DNA from: Thecamonas trahens ATCC 50062
Taxonomy: Eukaryota > Protista > Apusomonadida
Direction: 5' to 3'
DNA length: 64,000 nucleotides
Assembly (NCBI RefSeq): GCF_000142905.1
Contig: NW_013657669.1
Coordinates: forward strand, 124,001-188,000
In this document: positions 49,401 to 59,600 of the stretch, piece after piece
How positions within the stretch are numbered: position 1 is the first letter of the stretch
Layout: every line of letters starts with the position of its first letter
Program-made: the position numbers and the translations under genes
The notes under the pieces: generated by a model
The model's database searches: none
Seen by the model: only the letters and a program-made list of their open reading frames with translations
What the model was told of the DNA's origin: nothing

Positions 49401-50164
49401 CGTTGTGCGGCTCGATCCTCGACGCCGCAGTGCCTGCCGAGGTGCGCACCGAGACGGCAAGGAACAATCTGCCTGACCATGTCCACATGCTCGCAGTCAA
49501 CTACCGCCAGTGCGAGACGCTGGCCGATGTCTGCTCATTCGGCTACCCGGAGGCGTATCGCTTCAGTGGCACCAACCCACAGCTGCCATGGCGCGAGCAC
49601 GAGGCGGCGGACGAGTGCTGGGCGGGAGCCCTTGTGTCCATCCTGCTCGACCCAGCTTCTTCCATTCCGAACTTTGCTCAGTTCGAGGCAAAGACGGTTG
49701 TGAATCTGATCGTGGGCGTGACCAACTTCATGGAGGACAGCCCCCGCCCCGGAGACGTTTTGATTGTCGCGCCGCACCGCACGCAGCGGGCGACCATCCG
49801 GCGCGAGCTCGACAAGAAAAATAGCTTGCTCGCCAACGTCGTCGTCGACACCACCGAGAGGCTCCAGGGGAGCGAGGCTCACATGGTCATCATGTGCTAC
49901 GGCGGGCTGTCACCTGCTGACATCGACGTCGAGGCCGGCTTTATCTTCGACGACCAGCGGATCAACGTCGCCGCGTCGCGGGCGAAGAGCAAGCTCGTCA
50001 TTTTCTACAGCAGTGCCATCATGAAGCCGCCTCTCTCCGCGCTCACCCGGCCCGAGTGCCGGAAGGGCTTTGGGCGGTTCCAGCAGCTGCTCAAGAGAGC
50101 GAGACGGGCGCGGGTGCCCACCACCGCCTCCCAGACCTACACTGAGTCGAGCGAAGACCAATAA
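46436..50164 (+). CDS. PD-(D/E)XK nuclease - degenerate RNase H-like - SF1 (Upf1/Dna2-like) helicase fusion
   Basis: N-terminal RGHAFE...EPDVL...CDIKA...QVWLY with flanking Cys residues; central LEHAVRELVALP..YNFSDIA; helicase motifs GPPGTGKT, VEEAS, LGDFKQLPP, LAVNYR, APHRTQR, DTTERLQGSE, RINVAASRAK; intronless. Confidence 0.85.
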   Translation: MSARTTTTGKRRRSLTPSAGNKKQRTLGSPARNSGTPPSSENGPLTTSIKNFSNLAVVTDQRCGLCVRIRVRDMETSHRTLLRKAAADRGHAFEAKCVKELGKHVLSDSNLIDACPPPTFVLSGNSNYDDSGGLQLLIMGVEIATSVAGSATPGVDLPLPGTVFVANPKFHGMFYSADDDVLHDFGELVNSMWEPDVLVLRIRDDRVCEVAVCDIKATETHRCSHIVQVWLYVTQLQRLLANTSIIEGNATTPLSNRFAVSDTAYIWRPSGVDPVYLPPLAKSIDAKLKFVSQQLSYEADTEASYNLGPSCCDPSKSVSFPCRDRAKCDGRVAAYPHPARDPEACNADTTVRAAIAEHEPKAYFGARSTMLPAMGGDFPTARLVCAVLPRCPRSDAPYSWALCSTNTTYPKPKVYLGEPARNMDDVHAAEARSSMIPNSAIALVRALSELFGFENNTASIFRGQIVVASGREKEVMISMLKTVATADAGLDCGGRRICTQARHLLANFAREVDTAAVITQPSPRLCRDSALPTVVVLEHAVRELVALPAIGIYNFSDIAMFLGGIDAELAHKLDDDAEPYTLCHPESRGAGAAKKYFVNKANAIMASITKLRELATEKAFCMPAPIIQAVHKENTRPSRSEMLLYLSRANVFANQALVWRHATQMHALVAGQALPPAVGISSARCIVGRVSEVYSGGKAEIEVTYGGHYAEVDEGWFAWTADSSNFSSPALPGNVDIIDVQLNRLTITPTGNISLTHNTRIGLIKPQFNFDTYVEEQLKLGDAANSAIEDVVTAGEGVQVLTRTLIPTYNRAKVVNDIAALTRVHPILLDETQKTAITNCCVKPGGVSVIFGPPGTGKTHTTLILLLIMAQTQPYRLKVLFVARNNVAVIGAKTKFDKLKGSAKKAGLRIDIDVTFRTAYKAGKELGEDKRKLRSMDVVFVEEASLLSMWTMAPVLAWRKLTGRIILLGDFKQLPPICALEPITPEVRALCGSILDAAVPAEVRTETARNNLPDHVHMLAVNYRQCETLADVCSFGYPEAYRFSGTNPQLPWREHEAADECWAGALVSILLDPASSIPNFAQFEAKTVVNLIVGVTNFMEDSPRPGDVLIVAPHRTQRATIRRELDKKNSLLANVVVDTTERLQGSEAHMVIMCYGGLSPADIDVEAGFIFDDQRINVAASRAKSKLVIFYSSAIMKPPLSALTRPECRKGFGRFQQLLKRARRARVPTTASQTYTESSEDQ

Positions 50165-50189
50165 GCACAACGCACATGGGCACTTCCTG

Positions 50190-52928
50190 CTACGGGGCAT
50201 AGTCCGGCCACGCCGTGGGATCCAGGCCCTTGTGGTAGAACCGAAGCCCAAAGTAGACGGCACCGGTCGATGGCGACGAGGCTTGCAGGGTGATTGGCTG
50301 CTTGTTAAGGTACCCGAGCGCGTTGACCTTGAACGGGCCGAGCTTGGCGTTGAACTGGGCCCAGTCCATGACGTTGCCATAAATGCGAAACGAGTACGAT
50401 GCGTCAGTCTTGAACTCAAACGCTGCGCGGTTCGCCTCGGTCTTAAAGTACTTGCGCCGCTGCTCGACCGAGAGCTCGTCGGGCATGCCCGGGCCATGGA
50501 TCTCGTTCATCGAGCACAGGAGCGGCGAGAGAAACGACGGCGTATCGGTCTTCCATTCGATGCGCAGGCCGGGGTCGACGGCCGATGCACACCGGACCGC
50601 GAGCGAGAAGCCGCGCGGAAAGACAATCGGTGCTTCAAAGGCTGCACCGTAGAGCACGTCGTTGCCGTTAACGTTGTTCTTGAACGAGCCGTCGACCTCA
50701 ATGGCAAACACCCGTGACTTTCCCTCAAAGTACGGGTCGTCCGGGTCGGCGTCGATCGCGTTGCGGAGCCGGAGCATGATGGTGCCCTTAAAGTGCTCAT
50801 TCTCGAACGGAACCGGCGTGTTGAGTGCCATGTCACACACTCCGAGCAGCGTGACCCTCAGCGGACCGTGCCACAGCGGGGGGATGTTCTCGAGCGCAAC
50901 AGCCTGTATCTCTGCACTGGCGTCCGCTACCGGGCTTGCGGCGCCAGAGGCGCTCGCTACGCTTTCACCGGCATCCGACCGCGGCTCGGACGACACCGAT
51001 GACTTGCCGAACCATCCGTCGCCCGAACCTGATGATAACGCCGACGACGCGACCGAAGGTAGGCTGGCGGACGTCCTTGCTGGCGGCGTTGTTTGCGCAG
51101 GCTTGCGGGCCCGAGCCTGGGCTCGACTACGTCCGACCTGCTCGCCCGCACCGCGCGACGCGCTCTCGTCAGTCGACTCACTGTCAGGCTCAGCCGCCAC
51201 AAAGTTGTTGGCAAACGCGACCTCGTCCGGATGGGCCGGCGTTGCGCCGGCTGACGCAAGAAGATCGTCGATCGAGTGGAACTCGTCGCCCGTCCACGAC
51301 TCGCCCCAGTCGGAGAGCGTGTCGTTAAAGTTGTGCGACTGCCGCTTCTCGTCGTCCTGCTCGTTTCGCCGGCGGTGCTTCCGCCGCCGCCGACTCCGTA
51401 CTGTCAGGGACGACCCGCTCGAGCCATGTGGAGTGAGCCGAGCGCCAGTGAGTGACGGCTCAGCATCGTAGTACATCGAGTCCTTGCGTCCGCGACCGGA
51501 TCTGCTCTGCGCACCAATCCGACGCGGCGGCCGTCCAGGCAGCGGCGTGATGTGATCGCCGCCGTCGCCGTTGGCATCGTCAGCCTCGATAGCTACTTGC
51601 GGCGTGAGGAAGGCAGGCGAGCTGGCGTTCAGCGGCCACTCGCCCGATCGCGCCGAGCGGAACGAGGTGTTGACCACAAGGTCGCCGTTGTCAGCGTCGT
51701 TGTCGTCGTCGCCATCGGCATTGCCTGTGCTGCCGCCACTCCCTCCCCGGCCCGTTGACTCGCACTCGTCCGAGTACAGTTCGTCGTCAGGATAGGCGCA
51801 GAACTGGACACCAGAGTCCACTTCGCCCGTCTGGCTCCGCGACGCCTGGAGCTTGGCGGCCCGGCGCTGCCAGGTCTTAAGGTCGTCGAGGAGCCAAGAC
51901 TCCATCATGTGAACAAGCGAGTCGTCAATGGGCCCCGAGTCGCCCGAGACCCCGGTCGCGTCCGACGGCCCCTCCTCAATGGCATCTTCCGGGTCGGACG
52001 AGTCCGACTCCTCCTTGCCCTTGAACGAGGCAACCGACGCCGCGCGGGCCCGGCGGCCCGGCGTGGCGGTGGCACACGCGCTGTCACGCGAGTGCGCCAG
52101 AATGTGCATAAAGACCAGTCGCTTGGTCTCGTTGAGATCATGCTCTAGCTCGGTAATGCCGATCGGGACTCGGACACACGAGTGGGGCGAGAGCGGCGAC
52201 TTGACCCGATCTCCAGGCGTATCCTCCTTGCGGAAGCCAGCCATCGAGGCGATGGATGACGACCGCGCCCGGCGGGTGTCCACCAGCGGCGGCGGACCCT
52301 TCATGGCCTTGGCCTTGGCAGCCGGGATGACCGGCTGCAGGTCGAGAACATACTCAGTAGAGCCGTCGTAGAACACGTACTCGTCGCCAACCATGGTCAC
52401 CTCGTAGGCCTGGTCGTAGTAGTGCGCTGCGCCGCGCATGCCCGGAGGAAGGAGTGAGGTGGTCGCCGGCTTGCGGCCCGAGTCGAGCCGGGCCTCCAGC
52501 TCGACGCCATCGCCGGCCTGTGCGGCCGCGGCCGACCCAGTCGTGACTCGGCGAGCTGACTGCAGCCTGGCGTCGGCTCGCTGTTGCTCCTCGAGAAGCG
52601 AGGCGAACCGTTCTTGCGTCCGCTGGTGATACTTCATGGCGCAGACGAGGACGATGAGGAACGAGACGACAGAGAGGATGAGGAGCGACTGGGTAAAGGT
52701 CAGCAGCTCGCCTTGGAGCCATGTCGGTGGCCGGCTGAGCAGCGAGGTAATGAGTAGGTGTGCGCCCACAAGCGTAAAGATGACGCCGAGGAAGATAATG
52801 ATGCGCTTGAACTTAGTCGCCACCTGATGGACGAGCCAGCCATGCGAGAGTATGTCGGCACTTCCGTCTGTTCCCACATGCCGCCGCCGCACGCCACGCA
52901 GGTGCAGCTGCTGCACAGGAGAGTCCAT
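50190..52928 (-). CDS. Protein with two N-terminal TM helices, long disordered linker and C-terminal DUF1769-like domain
   Basis: PVPFENEHFKG, YFEGKSRVFAIEVDG, DPGL, SPLL and RRKYF pattern of DUF1769; TM segments IIIFLGVIFTLVGAHLLI and LLILSVVSFLIVLVCA. 5' end uncertain because of the nearby gap. Confidence 0.72.
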   Translation of the reverse strand: MDSPVQQLHLRGVRRRHVGTDGSADILSHGWLVHQVATKFKRIIIFLGVIFTLVGAHLLITSLLSRPPTWLQGELLTFTQSLLILSVVSFLIVLVCAMKYHQRTQERFASLLEEQQRADARLQSARRVTTGSAAAAQAGDGVELEARLDSGRKPATTSLLPPGMRGAAHYYDQAYEVTMVGDEYVFYDGSTEYVLDLQPVIPAAKAKAMKGPPPLVDTRRARSSSIASMAGFRKEDTPGDRVKSPLSPHSCVRVPIGITELEHDLNETKRLVFMHILAHSRDSACATATPGRRARAASVASFKGKEESDSSDPEDAIEEGPSDATGVSGDSGPIDDSLVHMMESWLLDDLKTWQRRAAKLQASRSQTGEVDSGVQFCAYPDDELYSDECESTGRGGSGGSTGNADGDDDNDADNGDLVVNTSFRSARSGEWPLNASSPAFLTPQVAIEADDANGDGGDHITPLPGRPPRRIGAQSRSGRGRKDSMYYDAEPSLTGARLTPHGSSGSSLTVRSRRRRKHRRRNEQDDEKRQSHNFNDTLSDWGESWTGDEFHSIDDLLASAGATPAHPDEVAFANNFVAAEPDSESTDESASRGAGEQVGRSRAQARARKPAQTTPPARTSASLPSVASSALSSGSGDGWFGKSSVSSEPRSDAGESVASASGAASPVADASAEIQAVALENIPPLWHGPLRVTLLGVCDMALNTPVPFENEHFKGTIMLRLRNAIDADPDDPYFEGKSRVFAIEVDGSFKNNVNGNDVLYGAAFEAPIVFPRGFSLAVRCASAVDPGLRIEWKTDTPSFLSPLLCSMNEIHGPGMPDELSVEQRRKYFKTEANRAAFEFKTDASYSFRIYGNVMDWAQFNAKLGPFKVNALGYLNKQPITLQASSPSTGAVYFGLRFYHKGLDPTAWPDYAP

Positions 52929-53087
52929 CTCGGCCCACTCCCGCCTCTCCGTGGGGCCTGTGAGAGAGCTGTTGCTGCCTCGGCCAACTCTGCCCCGCCC
53001 CAACCCGACTGCCACCTCGGCGTTGCCACACTTTTGTCGTCTTCTTCCGCAAACGCGAGACGACTGACGTGGCTGACGGGTGGGGGG

Positions 53088-53216
53088 NNNNNNNNNNNNN
53101 NNNNNNNNNNNNNNNNNNNNNNNNNNNNNNNNNNNNNNNNNNNNNNNNNNNNNNNNNNNNNNNNNNNNNNNNNNNNNNNNNNNNNNNNNNNNNNNNNNNN
53201 NNNNNNNNNNNNNNNN
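53088..53216. other. Assembly gap
   Basis: Run of N. Confidence 0.99.
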
Positions 53217-53326
53217 CCGTTCGTCCGTACTCCCCTCCGTTCGTCGTCGTCTCTGCCCCCCCCACCCCCCCCCCCCCCGTCCCCCCCTCCCACTCACGCC
53301 TTGCTCCCCACCCTCTCCTGCACCAG

Positions 53327-56300
53327 CCCGGACGGACCATGCCTGGCAAGCGGCAGCGGCGGGAAGAGCCTGGTGGTGACCAACCCAGACGATGCTAACG
53401 ATGTTGACACGGTGGCCTTTGACTCGGTCGACTCGCATGCCCATCCCATGGACGCCGATCCGAGTCCTCTAGCCGCAACTGCCGTCAGCGCCCTCGCCGC
53501 AGGCCGCTCTACCCTCGTCCTCGGCCTGAGCAACGCATCACGCTCCGGCCCGGCGGGTGCTGTGCCCGAGGCGCTGCTAAGCGCCCGTGGCGTAGCCGGC
53601 GCTGCCCTGAGCGCTCTCCTCGCCTCGGCATCGAGCTCGCACGAGCTGGCGCTCGCCGCCTTTGCCGTCGCCCACACTCACGACGAGCCAATCTTTGACC
53701 TGTTGGCGCCGCTGGCACTCGACGGGCACGAGTCTGCAACTTCGCGGGCGTCGGCGGCAGCAGATGCTCCGCCGCGTTTCACTGTCGATCCTGTGCTGGG
53801 CGTCTCGGTGGCCGGCCTCGCACTGGCGCCGCTGCCGGACGCCACCGCTGCCGGCGAGGCACTGGCTCTGGTCGAGGCACAGGTTGAGCTTCTTGCGGCT
53901 GCGCGGCCGCACCTGCTCCCGCTCTCGATTGTGGTCGAGATTCGGCGGCTCAAGGTTGACAGCAAGCGTGAGACTGGCGCGTTTGCCAAGATCACTCTCG
54001 TGGCTGCTGCGCCGTATGACGGCACGTTTCTTGTTCGCGAGCCATCGTCACTCCTTGACGGCTCGCTGCTCTCGCTGTCGCTCAAGTACGCCCGCGTCCG
54101 CGAGTCGTTGCTCTGCGCCAAGTCGCGTGCGGCGCTGCCGAACGTCATCTCGGCGCTGGTCTCGCACGTCTCGGGCGCGGCGTCGGGCCTGGTTCCTTCG
54201 GTCCCATACGCCGACTCGGTGGTTACCGCTTTGCTCGAGCCGGCGCTCTCTGGCGCCGACGAGTTGCATGTCATCGGGTGGCTTGATGGCTCGCAGCGGG
54301 CATTTGGCGCAGCGGCGATGCTGGTCCAGCTGCTTGAGAAGCTTGCGCACGCGCTCTCGATTGTCAACGTTCCACGCGAGTCGTGGAGCAAGCCGCGGGG
54401 ACTAACGGTCGAGGCCTTTGAAGCTGCGCTTCTGGCGGCGTCGCCGATGGTTGAGGCAGCTTCGTTTGGCACCTCGCGACTGGGCCTGACGTCGCAGGCA
54501 GCCGTCTCCCTCCTCGCTCGTGCGCGGCTGGAGGAGCAGAGCATTGCCGCGCGGGTTGCGTGGTTCCAGGCCGGGGTTCAGCGGCATGCGCGGAAGAGCT
54601 CGGGCAGCGGGGCTCGGGCAAGCGGGCCGGCACCCCGGCGTGGCATGTCGCCTGTCCCGGTTGCAGGAGAGCGGCTGGCAGCGTTGGGCGTCCAGCTTGC
54701 ACCGCCATGGTCGTACCCTTCGTCAGAGACTGGCGAGGTTCGAATGTTTGCCATCACTCCGTCGGGTGCGCCCAAGTCGTCTGTGGCGTACGTTCTCCGC
54801 GAGGGAAACACCTGCGTGGGCGCGGTGCCAACGCCGCGGGGAAGCGGCGCTGCCGCAACGGTCCGAGGCGTTCTCATCCTCACCGACCACGCCGAGTTTG
54901 TAGTGTCGACGCCAAAGTCTGCGCCGGGTTGCCGCCGCAGGTAACGGTCTGCCCGACTTCAGCTCTTGCAGTCGTGGCGATCAACGGGAGGCGGATTGAG
55001 GCGCCGAGTGTCGTCTCGCCGGGCGATGTTGTCCTCCTCGGGGCATCGATGGCGTGGTGGTACGCACCGCTGCCGAGCGAGGAGACGGCGGGCGCCAACG
55101 TGGTGCCGCCATCGTGGGCCTCCATCTTGCTCCAGTACACGGCCGCCAGCCTCTTTCTGGACAACGAGGGCCTCGGCTCGTCGGTGGGCGGGCCGCCGAA
55201 CGCACTGCCGCAGTCTGTACGCGGCGAGCTGGCTCGTGCGCTGCAGAGCGTGATGGCGGTGGACGCTGCGAGCAAGATGGCCAGCATGCTCAACTCGACG
55301 ACTACGTACGAGCTGGTGCGGACGCCGGCGCTGAGGGCGGCCCTGGCCTCGCTGGCGACGATGGCCACCGGAGGGCAAGACGGCGGGGCCGGGCTCGAGG
55401 TTCAGGATCCGCTGTTCCGTCTCTGCTTTGCGACTCGCAATGGTGGAGACAAAGACGGGAGCAATGCCGGCGACGCTTCCAAGAGCGAGCAGGCCATGAT
55501 TGGGCCGACCGACTTTGCGCTCCACCTCGACGCGCTCACGGAGCTCTTTGCGCTTGTGGCTCACTCTGGCAAGCTGGGCGCGGTGGCGGCAGGCGCCCCA
55601 GTGCGTGTGCCACCCGGACACGCCGCGAGCGTGCTCGACCCGCTCCTCCCACTCCCGCACGACGTCAGGATTGGCAAGGCGAGCGTGTCACTGGCAAGCA
55701 TGGGAAAGTTGAAGGCGATGCGGGCCCAGGCCGAGCTGACGGGTGAGCCTGGAGCGAGTGGCGTGGTGACGGTGGCAGGCTATGCAGTGCCAGACGTGGC
55801 GGCGATTGCCAACAAGGGCGCCGGCTCGTCGTCGACGTTGTACGACGACAAGCTGCGGGTGTTTGTGCTGCAAGTGGAGAGTGCTGAGAGCGTGCCGACG
55901 ACGCTGTCGAGTGGTCTGTACGCGATCTTTGACTTTGCGGGCGGGCTCGGGGCGACGCCGCGGGTGGTGCACTCTGTCTCACAGTCGCTGCGCTTCGGGC
56001 ATGCGCACGTCTTTAGCTGCCGCGAGTCTTCGCGGCTGTTCCAGGCCCTGGCGACCACAAGCGTCACGGTTGCGGTCTACGGCCACGGTTCCGTGGTCGC
56101 CTCACAGAACGCCGGGCTCAAAGTCCAGCTGGAAGAGGTAGCAAGCGAGCTGGCGGTAGCTAGCGCAGAGCTTGCGCGCCTACAGGCCGATAACGCGGAG
56201 CTGCAGGCGCAAGTTAAGGAGCTGCAGGCTGTGCCTGAGGGAGATCTGGACGCGTTGGTGGCCATGTCGGTCAAGGACCACGCGGCGGCCGTTCAGCAGG

Positions 56301-56662
56301 CACAGACCGAGCTGGAAGAGGTGGAGGCTGAGCGGGCGGCGGTGGCGGCCGAGCTGGATGCGGCTTTGAGCGAGAACGCGACGCTGAAGCCGCGGGCCGA
56401 GATGATGGAAGAGTCGCTGGCACAGATGACACCGCAGATTGAGGCGCTGCGGATGCAGAACGTCGAGCTGCAGCGCAAGATTGAGTCGTCGGCATCGGAG
56501 CGCGAGCTACTGGCGCAGGTCAAGATCCGGCGGCTGCAGGCCGAGAACGCGTCGCTCACCGACGAGCTCGCCGCCCTTCACGAGTCGAACATGCACATGG
56601 ACGAGGTGCGTGCGCTGATTGCACAGTCGCGGCAAAAGTCGCGGGCGTGTGTCATATCCTGA
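53327..56662 (+). CDS. Degenerate kinesin-3-like protein (pseudo-motor, FHA, C2-like, coiled coil, CaaX); 5' end uncertain; apparent -1 frameshift at ~54927
   Basis: Motor remnants VAFDS, IFDLL, DPVLGVSVAGL, VPYADSVVTALLEPALSG; FHA VAYVLREGNTCVG...HAEF...INGRRI...GDVVLLG spans the frameshift; C-terminal heptads; ends RACVIS. Confidence 0.68.
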
Positions 56663-56694
56663 GCACGAGGAATGCTTGCTTGCGGAGCTGCAGT

Positions 56695-59600
56695 TTACGT
56701 TCTGGTGTCGATGCCGCCGCCGCCGTCGTTGGCATTGCCGAGGGGGTACTTGTCGCACTCGGGCCCGGCAAGCTCCTTGTAGGCCTCGAGCTTGTCTGGG
56801 AGGACAAACCAGCGGATGCGCTGGGAGTACCACTCGCGGACTTCCTCGGGCTCGAACGACCACCACAGCGGAATGTCCGGCGAGTCCCATGGGAACGAGT
56901 TGTAAAAGTACAGGTGGTTGATCATGTCACGGAACTCGAAGCGGTCGAGCATGGCGACGAAAGCCTCCTTGCCCATTTCGCGCATCAGATGGAGGATGGC
57001 GCAGCGTCCACGGATAGTACCTTGCAGCGACATCACAAAGGTGTCGCGCTCGACACGGCAGACCGAGTCGTTCGGGCACGAGCCGTTCGGCCTGCAGTCG
57101 GCCGTGCCGCAGCCGAGCTCAGCGACCCGCGGGTCGATGTTGGCGAGGTGGTGCAAGTACATCATGCACCACGATGGGTCGTCCTTCCAGTTGTCGTACG
57201 TGTACGTCGCGTGAGATCCGACCGAGACCGTCGAGCCGTCCGGCTTGACAAAGTTCCGGCGGCCGCAGACAAAGCAGTAGTCGTACCCGCACGGGCAGTG
57301 CAGGTGGCAGCAGCGCTCGTCTTTGAGGCCAGCGACAGCGCAGTTGGGATCCGGGCACCGGCGCATGCCACACTCGTGCAATTCGTCCTGCAGACGGCGG
57401 AAGTTCTTGAGCCCGCGGAACTTTTCCTCGCACGGCGCGTGGATGCCGCGGTCAAGCTGGGAGATGCTGCCGAGCTCCGCCGTGCCCGACAGGGCAGTGA
57501 CTGGATAAACTTGTGAGCAGACCGAGCACGAAGCCACGCCGCAGTGGGTGCACTGGAACCGGGCCGTCTCGCCCTCCATGACCGGGCGGAGGTCGTTGAC
57601 CCGTTCGCAGACGTTGCACACGTGGCGAAAGGCCTTCGCCACCGTCACACCCTCGTTGATGGAGATGGCGACAACACGGAGGACGGCATCGATGGAAAGG
57701 AACTTGCGGAGGACAGCAAGGTTGACTGGCTGGCCGCACCGCTGGTTGCAGCACTTGACCAGCTGGCCCTGGTTGACCGCAGTCTGCGCCATGTGGCCAA
57801 AGCAGGCGACGCAGACGCCAAGCTGGCACTCGCACTCATATGCGAGCTCGCCGTCGGGCGACGGCATGAAGCAGACAGCGCAGAGAGCCGGCTCGCCATG
57901 GGCCGAAAGCGGGCGAGGCGAGGCCAGCCCGCTCGCCTTGCTCGCCTTGTAGTTGGCCTCGTTGAAGGCATCGAGCATGTGAGCCGCGTCGGCGTCGATG
58001 AGGTCGACCGGGCGGAGGCCCTGGTTGTTGGCGGCTTCGACCCACTGCCAGCTCCACTGGTAGGCGAGGATCAAACGGGCGACGTCGACAGAGCCCGACC
58101 GCGCTGCGGCATGGAGCACCGTGTCGCCGTTGGCGTTGCGCCACGCGTGCGCCGCGCCGGTGTTGGGCAGCGTCGTTGGGTCGATCGACGACGACGGAAC
58201 CTCCCGTGGGACGCTCAGCCGCCTGCCAACGCTCGGGCGCGCCAGCATCATGGCCACAATGGCGACGTGTCCGCCCTTGGCGGCGAGCGCCAGAGGTGTG
58301 TTGCCATACGCATCGTACTCGAGCGGGAGCGCGCCGCGCTTCATCAGCACGCTCGCCTTGGCCACCGCTCCGGCCTTAGCGGCGTGGTGCAGCGGCGTCA
58401 TGCCGCGCTCATCGGCACGGGTCACCGCGTTCATGTCGGACCGGGCCAGACGCTCAACAATGGCCGCCGGAACCTTGGCGTCGCGCACGGCGTCGGCAAG
58501 CGTACCGCCATACGGTGCCGACGCCTTGTCGAGCGCAGTCTGGATGGCGGCCGCCACCGCCGGCGACTTGCGCATGTCCTCGGGCGTCACACCGCGGGCG
58601 TTGGCGAGGTTCATGCGGAAGGTGTCCGGGAAGGTGAGGAGGATGTCGAGGACGTCGAGCATCTCGTTCTCGATGACAAAGTGCAGGAGCGTGTCGCCGA
58701 GCGAGTTGCGGGCATACTCGTCGCCGCCGGGCGACGACGTGTAGACCGAGTGCAGGCCGACCTGCGAAAGAAGAACGTGCATGAGCTCCAGGTAGAGGCC
58801 CGGAGCCTCGGAGCTTTGGGCCGTGGGCGTCGACGCCGGCGCGTCGTCCTCTTTGCCCTTGCTCGCCGGGTCGGGCTCCGAGCCAAACGCTGGACCCGAC
58901 GACGAGGCCAGACCGGATGAGGATGAAGCGCGGACCGACGGCGGGCCGGCGCGGAGCGCGGCGCGCAAGTTATAGGCGACCCAGTCGAGAGCGTTGTAAC
59001 CAAACATCGACTTGCGCGAAGGGTCGGCGCCCATGCCGAGCATGTACGCGCCGATGGCGAGGTTTCCGCTCTTGCACGCCACCATGAGCGGCGACCGCTG
59101 CCAGATGTCAAAGTGCAGTTTGGCGTCGGTGAACCCCGGGCGCGGGCGCTTGCCCACAACCCGGATGGCGTCGATGCCGGCGGCGATGCCCGGCGCGAGC
59201 TCCACCCGGTACCGCGAGGCGAGGAACGACGGACGGGTGGTGAGCTCGATAACGTTGAGGCGTGCAGCGTCGCCCGGGGCGGCAGGGGCATCAGAATCAT
59301 CTTCGGCCGACCAGACCGTGAGGTACTCGTAGCCGTCCCAGACCTGGATGAGCGCAACCGAGCCCGGGCCAAACGTCTCATAGATCTCAAAGCTGTCTGC
59401 GTAGAGCGCGTCCGAGGTGTTGAAAACAACCCACGCGCCCTCGTCCTCGGTGGTCGGGATGGGCGGGACCCAGGTGCCGGCGAGGCCAGCGCCGTAGTTG
59501 CTCGGCGCCGGGTTGTTGAACGCGCTTGGCTCACCGCGGAGCGCGTCTGCGCCGTTGGCCTGCCCCACGCCCGAAGAGGCGGTCGAGATGGATGAGACCC

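Noticed and set aside
45149-50164. Helitron or other transposon interpretation of the helicase locus
   Set aside because: The helicase is Upf1/Dna2-like rather than Pif1-like; no HUH Rep motif, transposase, terminal repeats or target-site duplications were seen.
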